From positions 1-49,534 of the IMG/VR virus record IMGVR_UViG_3300029822_000015: a DNA stretch of 49,534 bases; one strand, given 5' to 3'. Position numbers and translations under genes: made by a program. Origin of the DNA: a virus. Taxonomy: Duplodnaviria; Caudoviricetes. This document shows, piece after piece, positions 1-7,951 of this stretch (position 1 is the first letter of the stretch; each line of letters begins with the position of its first letter). The notes beneath the pieces were generated by a model. That model saw only the letters and a program-made list of their open reading frames with translations. It was not told the origin of the DNA and ran no database searches.

Positions 1-454
1 AGATACCGCGATTTCCTGCGGTGTTGTAAGCAAAGAAATTGATTGATGCGCGCCCGTACATTCCGGAGTAGATCTCACCGGCATCCATAATCGGGTTGAC
101 ATCGGCATCAACAATCCCTGGTTTAGTCTTACTGGACACCCGGATAAAATAATGACCCGCATATTCGGGGTTCTCGTCAGGATCGACACTTTCATCGGTG
201 TCGCCATCGCGTAAAGTTGTTTTAAGTTTTGCCGGAATTTTTCCGTTGAACTTAGCTTTCCCAGCTTCTTTAGCAGCTTCAATTGCATCCTTCATGGCCG
301 CCAGAGTTTTCTTATCCGACTTTGGGATCAAAAGAGTAGCCGAGTAAGCCGGGTCTTGCCCATCAAATGAACTGTAAGCCTCTAGTAGGTGTACATAGCT
401 GAAACGAACCTCACCAGTAATAACTTTTGTTGTTTTTGCACCATTTGTTGTCAT
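1..454 (-). CDS. DUF2815-family phage single-stranded DNA-binding protein, 5' part (runs off the window start)
   Basis: Manual translation MTTNGAKTTKVITGEVRFSYVHLLE...LRDGD...YSGMYGRASINFFAYNTAGNRGI; AGGAG RBS; follows the DUF2800 gene as in PolA-type replication modules. Missed by the ORF track. Confidence 0.85.
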   Translation of the reverse strand, partial: MTTNGAKTTKVITGEVRFSYVHLLEAYSSFDGQDPAYSATLLIPKSDKKTLAAMKDAIEAAKEAGKAKFNGKIPAKLKTTLRDGDTDESVDPDENPEYAGHYFIRVSSKTKPGIVDADVNPIMDAGEIYSGMYGRASINFFAYNTAGNRGI

Positions 455-518
455 AATTTAACGATCTCCTTTTTATTTAGTAGCTACAAACCAATCTGTT
501 ACCATACCCATCTATTTT

Positions 519-1682
519 CTATCCAAAGTCAGCCTGGGCACTTGATGCCGATCCAATCGCTGGTCGCTTATCCGTTTCGGGGACCAAAGTAGGCTTGCCT
601 GCGGGCTTAATCACTTTTGGCGAAATGATGGTGTCATAGTCCTCGGCCTTTACCAGCTTATCTAGCTTAGTCAATGGGATAAGTTTTTCTTGGACTAGAT
701 CGGACTTACGATAGCCCTTAGCTCGCAGGTCTTCGTAAACTGCATCTTGATCAGTCAACTTACGATTACTGCGACCCTCGACCAGCTTATATCCTGGAAG
801 CTCCATCTTGCCATCTCTGACTTGAGTCATGGCATAATACTCAACGGCATCAAGCCAATGGGTAATGCGGTCTTTCATGCCAAGGATTTCAGCAATATCT
901 TCTGGTTTTAAAGTATTGGCTTCCATGAACTTGTACTTACGGATCTTGAGATTTTCTTCGGCTAGCGCTTTACAAAACCCCTCGGCTTTAAAAAAGTGCC
1001 AAGTCGCTGGTTTGGAGAAGTCCCATTCACCACGTCCATTTAAAGCGTTGTCTGCGGCCGGCTTAACGACTTTGTCACCCCATTCGAGTAAATCATCAAG
1101 GGACATGTCAAACTGGCTTAGATTGTCAATACGGGGCTGTGAGATGGTCATGCGGATTTGACTAAAGTCGTAGATCAGACTGTATTTTGCATAGCACCCT
1201 AAAGCGTAAAGCATGAGTTGAAAGTTGTGGTCAGCATCAACGCGGATCCCTTTGCCATATTTTAGATCCCATATCTCTAGTCGGTCATCGGCTAAGATAA
1301 CACAATCAGAAGTCCCAAATCCGCCTGGCGCCCAGTCGCTAAAACTGACCTTTTGTTCAAGCATCATCTCCGCATCATCAAAACGGTTGTAGTCTTCCAT
1401 GACAGAGCTAACGTGGCTATCAATAAAATCCTGCATGCTTTGATTGTAAAACTCGGCGTGCTGTTTAAAGACCTTAATTGCATCGCTAAATTCAGAATCA
1501 GTTAGCTGACCAACTTCATGCTTCAAAGTCAATTCTGCCAATCGGTGTGCTTCAGTACCCTCTTGCGCAAAAGTAGATGTCGTGTTGGGCATGCCTTCTT
1601 CGATCCAGAGGGTCGGTGGGTTGTTGATCCACTTGGCTGCTGAACTGGCAGACAGGGTTGCGTGTTTTGTTGGGCTAGCCAT
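519..1682 (-). CDS. DUF2800-family PD-(D/E)XK (Cas4-like fold) exonuclease
   Basis: HATLSASSAAKW, EGTEAH, FGTSDCVI, DLKYGKG and QLMLYALG motifs; likely start MASPTK at 1682. Confidence 0.85.
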   Translation of the reverse strand: MASPTKHATLSASSAAKWINNPPTLWIEEGMPNTTSTFAQEGTEAHRLAELTLKHEVGQLTDSEFSDAIKVFKQHAEFYNQSMQDFIDSHVSSVMEDYNRFDDAEMMLEQKVSFSDWAPGGFGTSDCVILADDRLEIWDLKYGKGIRVDADHNFQLMLYALGCYAKYSLIYDFSQIRMTISQPRIDNLSQFDMSLDDLLEWGDKVVKPAADNALNGRGEWDFSKPATWHFFKAEGFCKALAEENLKIRKYKFMEANTLKPEDIAEILGMKDRITHWLDAVEYYAMTQVRDGKMELPGYKLVEGRSNRKLTDQDAVYEDLRAKGYRKSDLVQEKLIPLTKLDKLVKAEDYDTIISPKVIKPAGKPTLVPETDKRPAIGSASSAQADFG

Positions 1683-2079
1683 TAAGCAACCCACCCATCT
1701 TTTCATAAAACGCCGGATAATCAGCTTCCGGCAGATCAGATAGCTTTGCCGCATTAAATTCAAGGAATAAGGCTTTTAGCTCGTCACGGTGCTTCGCGTC
1801 AAGCACTTCTTTAGCCCGTTTTTGAATGTCGACCTTTTTAACTGTCTTAGTAGCTGGTTCTGGTTCAGGATTATCCGCTGTTTCCTCGGTCGGTGAATCC
1901 GGTTCAGAATTAGCTATGGTTTCCTCGGTCAGTGAATCTGGTTTGATCTCACCTTTTGGATCAACCGGTTTAACTGGATCCCAGGTAAGTGCATCACCTT
2001 CATAGTCACCTCGTGCCATGCCATCAATCTGTGAGAATATCTCGGCCATCGTATGACCCGTAATCTTAACTTCAATCAT
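1675..2079 (-). CDS. Hypothetical acidic protein, first gene of the replication operon
   Basis: GGAGG RBS before MIEVK; Pro/Glu-rich linker; C-terminal KLSDLPEADYPAF motif typical of the gene upstream of DUF2800. Confidence 0.7.
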   Translation of the reverse strand: MIEVKITGHTMAEIFSQIDGMARGDYEGDALTWDPVKPVDPKGEIKPDSLTEETIANSEPDSPTEETADNPEPEPATKTVKKVDIQKRAKEVLDAKHRDELKALFLEFNAAKLSDLPEADYPAFYEKMGGLLNG

Positions 2080-2118
2080 GTTGGTGCCTCCTAAAAATTT
2101 ATTTTTTGAACAACTCAA

Positions 2119-2147
2119 ATAGTAAACCTTTATCTGCCTATCGTCAA
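2119..2147 (-). promoter_or_regulatory. SigA-type promoter for the replication operon
   Basis: TTGACG-17 nt-TACTAT on the minus strand, upstream of the 2079 start. Confidence 0.7.
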
Positions 2148-2193
2148 TACCTTTTGCAAAAAAGTTTAAAACCCGAAACCACCCCAAAAATAG

Positions 2194-2430
2194 ACACGAC
2201 CCAACTTTTTTCGAAAAACTTTTTAATTACGAAACAAGAGGTAAATACGTCTTCTTACTCCTTATATCTATATATAATATAATTTAAGAAAAAAGAGTGC
2301 TTTTGTGCACTTGTATAATACAAAATTAGAATTACCAAGAGGTTAACACGACCCAACATTTAAAAAAAAGAGTGCAAATGTGCATTAAATTTGTGCACTG
2401 TCGTTTTTCGCTATTTTTTCGACCCAACAA
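2194..2430. repeat. Copy A of a duplicated AT-rich non-coding element with CGACCCAAC and GTGCA repeats (candidate origin)
   Basis: CGACCCAAC at 2197, 2349 and 2420; 2345-2398 is identical to 28588-28641. Confidence 0.8.
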
Positions 2431-2519
2431 TTTGCCAAAAAAAGTTTGCCATACTTTTTATGCCCTTAACTATTTTTTCGTTCGTGACGTGACGAACAAT
2501 GCCTATTTTTGGAGGGCAT

Positions 2520-2551
2520 AAAAAAAAACCTCCCCGCTGTAATCGGAGAGG
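2520..2551 (-). terminator. Rho-independent terminator after the endolysin
   Basis: CCTCTCCG/CGGGGAGG stem followed by a T9 tract on the minus strand. Confidence 0.75.
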
Positions 2552-2589
2552 AAAAAATAAATGTTAGGATTAACTATAATGTAACATCA

Positions 2590-3420
2590 TTATAACTTTT
2601 TGACAAGCTTAACTAGGTCTTTGTTAGCAGTGCAGTAACCGATCTTAGTCTTAAGCGAGTAGATCGACCCATTCTTCACTGCGGTTGCGTAAAAACGTGA
2701 TCCCTTAGCCCATCTTACATAACGCTTATTGCCATCACCCTTGAGGGGTAGCTTGTTATAAGCGCTGATCATGCTTGCTGTCACCTCATATAATCCCGCA
2801 TCTTTATAGTATGATGGCTTGGCGGATGTGGTAGTTGAAGATCTACTCTTGGACCGCATAATGTCCTTAAAATCGATTGATGCATCGACTGATAAGCCTT
2901 TCCAGTTGTCGGTGTGCTGCCATAAGTCGACATTGTTAATGCCAGGAGCAACATTATTGTAAGCAGCGCACCAGATCTTCGCATAGCTTGGCAAGCTGGA
3001 TTGCTTAATACGTCCTGCTTTAAACCAGGAAGCTGACCCGTAAACCATCAAATTATGGTAACCAGCAGCGTGCAAATATCTAAGAAAGGTATTTACACCT
3101 GTTGTGGTGTAGTAAGTGAGCGAAGTAGATTCAACATCAATTGCTAACCAAGTTGAGGTATCAAGCCCCATCGATTTAACTACTTTTAAAAAGTAAGCGG
3201 CTTCAGCTGTTGGTGATCCTTGGTAAAAATGGTAGGCCCCCACAACTCCGAACGTTGCATAAGCATTTCTCACTTGAGTGGCTGCTTTAGGGTTAGTATA
3301 GTTTGTTCCCTCGGTCAGCTTAACGATCACACCAGCAGCACCCTTTGACTTAAGTTTTTTCATAAAAGCTGTTGAGCTATCTTGATAAGCAGATAGATCA
3401 ATAATTGTCGAGTTGGCCAT
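2590..3420 (-). CDS. Endolysin, GH25 muramidase with C-terminal cell-wall-binding domain
   Basis: IIDLSAYQ, VKLTEG, GAYHF, AIDVE and LWQHT GH25 motifs; Ser/Thr linker; basic C-terminal domain. Confidence 0.9.
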   Translation of the reverse strand: MANSTIIDLSAYQDSSTAFMKKLKSKGAAGVIVKLTEGTNYTNPKAATQVRNAYATFGVVGAYHFYQGSPTAEAAYFLKVVKSMGLDTSTWLAIDVESTSLTYYTTTGVNTFLRYLHAAGYHNLMVYGSASWFKAGRIKQSSLPSYAKIWCAAYNNVAPGINNVDLWQHTDNWKGLSVDASIDFKDIMRSKSRSSTTTSAKPSYYKDAGLYEVTASMISAYNKLPLKGDGNKRYVRWAKGSRFYATAVKNGSIYSLKTKIGYCTANKDLVKLVKKL

Positions 3421-3422
3421 GG

Positions 3423-3869
3423 CTATTTCACCTCGGTGTTTAATTCCTTTAATTCGGCGGCTGAATCATCAGCAACTGTGGTAGCTGTCCCTGAATCGTC
3501 CTCTGGCGTGTCCGAAGTGGCTACTGCATGGTTATCATAGCCTAGCTTCTTAAACTCCTGGTAGGCTAATTCTACGATGCTGGTGGCTACCGAATCATCA
3601 ACCCAGTTGATGTGTAGTGCATTAGCTAGACTCGTCAATTCGCTAACGGCAGCTTTATTACGATCGGTTTTTGACAAGCCTGCAAAAGTAGCAAACTTAG
3701 TTACGATCGACAACGCTGCGGTGGCCAGTGTCTCTTGCTGCTTGCTTTTAGCATGAGCTTTTACCCAAGGGTAAATGGCCTTATATAAAACTGCTGCAAA
3801 AGTAACGGTTGCCGCAATAACCCCTGAATCTTGAAGCCAACTAAAAATTTTAGTAATGTCTGATAACAT
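3423..3869 (-). CDS. Holin (LL-H-like)
   Basis: N-terminal hydrophobic helix, KAAV and IVELAY pattern, directly upstream of the endolysin. Confidence 0.7.
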   Translation of the reverse strand: MLSDITKIFSWLQDSGVIAATVTFAAVLYKAIYPWVKAHAKSKQQETLATAALSIVTKFATFAGLSKTDRNKAAVSELTSLANALHINWVDDSVATSIVELAYQEFKKLGYDNHAVATSDTPEDDSGTATTVADDSAAELKELNTEVK

Positions 3870-3881
3870 GTTAAAACCCTC

Positions 3882-4244
3882 CTAGTTTTTAAGTGCTAAT
3901 TCTTTACGCAGTTTTTCGATTTGTTCTGAAAGTCCTTGAATCTGACGGCTACTCTCAAGGCGTTCCTGCTCGCGTTGAATCTGTTCTTGATGTAACTGAT
4001 CTTTAACGCTATCAAGTTGGTTGGATAGCTCGATAATTTTGTTACTCAAGTTAACATTCTCGCGGGTTGCTCTGATAAGTTGTGCAGATAAAGGGACTTC
4101 ATTATCACCTTCTTTGTCTTTTTTGGTAGCACGGTTATTGATAATACTAATAAAAACATTAGCTAATGCTGCGATAATGGCTGCTACGATGGCCGCGTCG
4201 CTGGCAATTGGCGGAATATGCACCCAAATCACTTCCGATCCCAC
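3882..4244 (-). CDS. Membrane-anchored coiled-coil protein of the lysis cassette
   Basis: One TM segment (AAIVAAIIAALANVFISII) followed by a Q/E-rich coiled coil. Confidence 0.65.
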   Translation of the reverse strand: MGSEVIWVHIPPIASDAAIVAAIIAALANVFISIINNRATKKDKEGDNEVPLSAQLIRATRENVNLSNKIIELSNQLDSVKDQLHQEQIQREQERLESSRQIQGLSEQIEKLRKELALKN

Positions 4245-4675
4245 TGGTCATTAGCCACCCTCGATATTAATTTTACCATTAATGCTGACCGTATGGGTTC
4301 AATATAAAGTCGTAATGACACAACCGCTAAAAATCCAGTTGTCCATGACAGTGCCCCCGTGTGTAGGTCAAAATCAATAAAGTCGATTAATAGTAGGGTA
4401 AACATAAATTGTGCCATCGCGATAGCAATAAGTTGTGCATGTAAAAATCGAATGTCAAAAAGCGCAATTACAATGCAGTAGCAGCCAACGACCGCAAAAA
4501 CTAGTGGCATGTATAGATCATTGATGTGGTGTAGCAACCCACTTAATACATCGGGATAAGGGCTAAGAAGTGCCCGGTGGCTATATTCTAGGTAGACGGC
4601 TACCCATAGTTCTTCTAGCCCGATCTCGATCCAGTTATGATTTTTAAAGCCATTATATAGCATTTTTCTTAGCAT
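4229..4675 (-). CDS. Multi-pass membrane protein, first gene of the lysis cassette
   Basis: Three to four hydrophobic segments; overlaps the next gene; its RBS is interrupted by the IS607. Confidence 0.65.
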   Translation of the reverse strand: MLRKMLYNGFKNHNWIEIGLEELWVAVYLEYSHRALLSPYPDVLSGLLHHINDLYMPLVFAVVGCYCIVIALFDIRFLHAQLIAIAMAQFMFTLLLIDFIDFDLHTGALSWTTGFLAVVSLRLYIEPIRSALMVKLISRVANDQWDRK

Positions 4676-4686
4676 ATTACATAACC

Positions 4687-4845
4687 TGCTACAATAAACC
4701 TATAAAATATTACTGATATAAGTTTAAATTCCTGTTTCTTCCTGTCCCCGTTCTACTATTAGTTTAGTAATAGCTACTTAGGTTTGTATGACAGTCCACA
4801 AGCGTAAATTCCTGTCTAGCCAACAGTACATATTTAAGTAGCATT
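4687..4845 (-). ncRNA. Putative omega-RNA (right-end RNA) scaffold of the IS607 TnpB
   Basis: About 160 nt of non-coding sequence between the tnpB stop and the right end; positional inference from TnpB biology. Confidence 0.5.
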
Positions 4846-6057
4846 TTAATAGGCTAACTTAAATTTTGAAGTAATACAAATGTTCTCACTAGCATTAATA
4901 TCTCTATCTAACATAGATTTGCAATTAGGACAAGTCCACTTTCTTACGCTAAGAAATTTTTGGCCCATATTTCTAAACTCTTCATTATAGAATCCACATT
5001 GAGAACATGTCTTAGAGCTGGGATAAAACCTGTCTACCAAATGTACTGGTATTCCCAACCATTGACATTTATTAACTAGTCTAATCCGAAATCTGTAAAA
5101 CTTCTGTTGCTGAACTTGCTTAGCTAAATGGTGATTTTTAATCATTCCACTAACGTTTAAATCCTCTATCGCTATATACTGTGGCTTGGTTCTCACCACA
5201 TTGGCAATAATTTTATCCTGATAGTCGTTTAAAGCATTAGTGATCCTTCCATTTAGCTTAAGAATTTTATCTTGTGTCTCTGACAGGTTGAAATCAGTAG
5301 TGGCTCTCCTTTCGTATTTGTTTTCTCTCAGTCTTTGTTTATAGTCCTGATACTGACGGGACTCTTTTCTTTGTAGCCTTCTTAATCTTTTCCTAAGCCT
5401 TTTTAATCTAGTAGACTTATTAAGATTCTTATAGACTGTACCATTATTTAATATGGCAAAGTCTTTAATGCCTAAGTCTATTCCAATAGATTCTCCGGTA
5501 AGATTAAGTTTACTAAAATCTGGTTGCTCTACTAAAACAGTTAGATAGTACCTACCCGCCCTCTCTTTTATTCTACCAGAGACAACCCTAAAATCATCAC
5601 CTACTGGAATATACCCCTGCTCTTTGTATCTAACAAATCCTATCTTAGGCAACTTTATTTGATAAGTATCATACCTAACATGTTGAGACTTACCATTAGC
5701 ACAAAAGTAATAGGAACCTTGATGCTTTCTAAGACTTCTAAATTTAGGTTTCCCTCTTTTGTGTTTAAAGAATGCTTTCATGTTGGTATCAGCATCTATC
5801 ATGGCTTGTTTAACGTGTTTAGAATAATATTCCTTTATCCATAAGTCGCTAGGATTATCCTTTAAATACTGGTTATTAAACCAAGTAGAAAAAGTATAAG
5901 CACTCATATATGATTTGGGATCATGCGTTTCTTGGTAGTTTTTACTATTTATTTCAAGAAATTTATTGTAAGCCCAACGACTAACACCAATATAAGAATC
6001 AATCTGTTGCTTTTGAGTCTTATTTAGTTTTAATTCAACTTTATATGCTATTTGCAT
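4846..6057 (-). CDS. tnpB: RNA-guided endonuclease TnpB (IS607 OrfB)
   Basis: RuvC motifs IGIDLG, IAIEDL and DRDINA; Zn ribbon CSQC...CPNC. Confidence 0.95.
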   Translation of the reverse strand: MQIAYKVELKLNKTQKQQIDSYIGVSRWAYNKFLEINSKNYQETHDPKSYMSAYTFSTWFNNQYLKDNPSDLWIKEYYSKHVKQAMIDADTNMKAFFKHKRGKPKFRSLRKHQGSYYFCANGKSQHVRYDTYQIKLPKIGFVRYKEQGYIPVGDDFRVVSGRIKERAGRYYLTVLVEQPDFSKLNLTGESIGIDLGIKDFAILNNGTVYKNLNKSTRLKRLRKRLRRLQRKESRQYQDYKQRLRENKYERRATTDFNLSETQDKILKLNGRITNALNDYQDKIIANVVRTKPQYIAIEDLNVSGMIKNHHLAKQVQQQKFYRFRIRLVNKCQWLGIPVHLVDRFYPSSKTCSQCGFYNEEFRNMGQKFLSVRKWTCPNCKSMLDRDINASENICITSKFKLAY

Positions 6058-6638
6058 TTAAAGTCATCCCCAACCTTTTTCTTGTATTTTCTTAATCCAT
6101 AAACTCGGCAAGAAAATACATGAATAATTGCTATTAAGTCATCAACAACTTCCTGCTCTGGAGAAGTTTTTTCATTATTAACAACTATTAGGTTAGTTTG
6201 ATGCTTTTTACACAGTTGCTCAAACCATTCAAACCCGAATCTAACAAATCTATCCTTATAAGAAACATAGATGTTATCTACTTTATCCTGCATAACCATG
6301 TCAAGTAGTTCATTCCACTTTTTGCGTTTATAATTCATATCAGAACCAATATCAGTTAGGCAGTCATCAACTATAATTCCTTTAGCATTTGTATACTGCT
6401 TAAGAAATTCAATCTGATTCTCTAAATCATCCTTTTGATTTCTAGTGGATACCCTAGCATAAATATATGACTTTTTCTGATTTTTACTAGAAATACCCAT
6501 ATAGTCATTGTAGTCATCCTCTGTATAGAAACGATGATTGCCTTTAGTTCTTTTAGCAATTAGCTTACCTGTATTATCCCAGTTACGAAGAGTTTGCTCT
6601 GATACACCTATTCTATTTGAAAATTCTGCTGGTTTCAT
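6048..6638 (-). CDS. tnpA: IS607 transposase (MerR-type HTH + serine recombinase)
   Basis: GVSEQTLRNWD HTH, YARVS catalytic motif, KDRFVRFGF, DDLIAIIHVFSCRVYGLR. Confidence 0.95.
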   Translation of the reverse strand: MKPAEFSNRIGVSEQTLRNWDNTGKLIAKRTKGNHRFYTEDDYNDYMGISSKNQKKSYIYARVSTRNQKDDLENQIEFLKQYTNAKGIIVDDCLTDIGSDMNYKRKKWNELLDMVMQDKVDNIYVSYKDRFVRFGFEWFEQLCKKHQTNLIVVNNEKTSPEQEVVDDLIAIIHVFSCRVYGLRKYKKKVGDDFKCK

Positions 6639-6666
6639 TTTATCACCTCATATATAATATAGCATC

Positions 6667-6695
6667 ATTATATAATATTTTACAGAATCTGTCAA
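6667..6695 (-). promoter_or_regulatory. Consensus SigA promoter in the IS607 left end
   Basis: TTGACA-17 nt-TATAAT. Confidence 0.8.
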
Positions 6696-6747
6696 GTTTT
6701 TATAGGTAATAAGTTACTATTATTTTCCTCCCACCGCCCTCATGGCT

Positions 6748-6756
6748 ATTATACCA
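6748..6756 (-). promoter_or_regulatory. Extended -10 promoter of the lysis cassette
   Basis: TGGTATAAT about 20 nt upstream of a GGAGG SD. Confidence 0.55.
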
Positions 6757-6758
6757 TC

Positions 6759-6788
6759 AAAAAAGCACCCGAAAGTACGAGTGCTTTT
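6759..6788. terminator. Terminator at the end of the tail operon
   Basis: AAAAGCAC...GTGCTTTT inverted repeat with a T tract on the minus strand. Confidence 0.7.
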
Positions 6789-6863
6789 GTAGTTTATCAA
6801 ACTTGATAAGAGATTACTTTTTAATGAAACGGTATTAGAGCCGGATAGTGCTCATTTACAGGC

Positions 6864-6941
6864 TTAGTTAGTGGTGCTTGTGGTCGTTGCTTGAGTTGTT
6901 GGTGCCACATAATCTTTGCCGGTGATCTGTTTGTAATCGTC
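6864..6941 (-). pseudogene. 3' remnant of an XkdX-like small tail gene
   Basis: Frame reads DDYKQITGKDYVAPTTQATTTSTTN*, resembling the XkdX C-terminal YKxITGxDY motif; no start codon. Confidence 0.5.
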
Positions 6942-6973
6942 CTTTCTAAGTCTTGTAAGATACCCACTTTTGA

Positions 6974-7939
6974 TTAATAATAGTTATCTGTATTTGATCC
7001 CGCGGGTGTTAGCTTATATACTGAACTTTCATAGGTACCAGCATAAACATTCCCACTAGTATCTACCGCTACACTATACACATGCCCATCAGCAGTAAAC
7101 TTCCATACTTGAGTACCAGTACTATCTAGCTTATATACTGAACTTTCATAGGTACCAGCATAAACATTCCCACTAGTATCTACCGCTACACTAATCACAC
7201 CAGCATCAGCAGTAAACTTCCATACTTGAGAACCAGTACTATCTAGCTTATATACTGAATTTCCATCAGTACCAGCATAAACATTTCCACTAGTATCTAC
7301 TGCTACACTATGCACAATATCATCAGCAGTAAACTTCCATACTTGAGTACCAGTACTATCTAGCTTATATACTGAATTTCCATCAGTACTAGCATAAACG
7401 TTTCCATTAGTATCTACTGCTACACTATTAACACTATTGTCCGCAGTAAACTCCCATACTTTAGAACCAGTACTATCTAGCTTATATACTGAATTTCCAT
7501 CAGTACCAGCATAAACATTTCCACTAGTATCTACTGCTACACTAAACACATAACCGTTAGCAGTAAACTTCCATACTTGAGTACCAGTACTATCTAGCTT
7601 ATATACTAAATTTCCATAGGTACCCGCATAGACATTCCCATTAGTATCTACTGCTACACTATTAACACTATTGCCAGCAGTAAACTTCCATATTTGATGA
7701 CCAGTACTATTTATCTTATATACTGAATTTCTAGAGGTACTCGCATAGACATTCCCATTAGTATCTACCGCTACACTAATCACACCCGCATCAGCAGTAA
7801 ACTTCCAAGGAGTATCAATACTATAGACTAACTTGTAACCAGTTGGTGTGAATTGATATACTTTAGACAATTTTTTACCTGTTTTTATATCATATATATC
7901 TTTTAATTTTTTACCTGTTTTTACATCATATAAAGACAT
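6974..7939 (-). CDS. Seven-repeat beta-propeller protein, candidate receptor-binding protein
   Basis: Seven 40-aa repeats WKFTAxxxVxSVAVDTxGNVYAxTxxxSVYKLDSTG; last gene of the tail operon. Confidence 0.8.
   Translation of the reverse strand: MSLYDVKTGKKLKDIYDIKTGKKLSKVYQFTPTGYKLVYSIDTPWKFTADAGVISVAVDTNGNVYASTSRNSVYKINSTGHQIWKFTAGNSVNSVAVDTNGNVYAGTYGNLVYKLDSTGTQVWKFTANGYVFSVAVDTSGNVYAGTDGNSVYKLDSTGSKVWEFTADNSVNSVAVDTNGNVYASTDGNSVYKLDSTGTQVWKFTADDIVHSVAVDTSGNVYAGTDGNSVYKLDSTGSQVWKFTADAGVISVAVDTSGNVYAGTYESSVYKLDSTGTQVWKFTADGHVYSVAVDTSGNVYAGTYESSVYKLTPAGSNTDNYY
7010..7810. repeat. 120-bp tandem repeat array (~7 units) inside the propeller gene
   Basis: CAGTAAACTTCCA-like and CTTATATACTGAA-like blocks recur every 120 bp. 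Confidence 0.9.
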
Positions 7940-7951
7940 GTTAGCTCCTTT

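Larger units (their letters stand above)
4685..6726 (-). mobile_element. IS607-family insertion sequence (tnpA + tnpB)
   Basis: Overlapping serine-recombinase and TnpB genes; lower GC than the flanks; GG at both junctions (GGGAGG|AAAATAAT and GTAGCAGG|TTATG); imperfect subterminal inverted motif TTTATAGGT. Exact ends inferred. Confidence 0.85.

Noticed and set aside
2194-2430. CGACCCAAC repeats, together with the Cas4-like DUF2800 gene, as a CRISPR array
   Set aside because: Repeats are only 9-12 bp, irregularly spaced and in both orientations; DUF2800 is a routine member of this replication module.
4685-6726. IS607 element as an IStron (group I intron-IS hybrid)
   Set aside because: Only ~90 bp separate the left end from tnpA, too little for a group I catalytic core.
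7010-7810. Diversity-generating retroelement acting on the propeller gene
   Set aside because: No reverse transcriptase or separate template repeat was seen in the genome.
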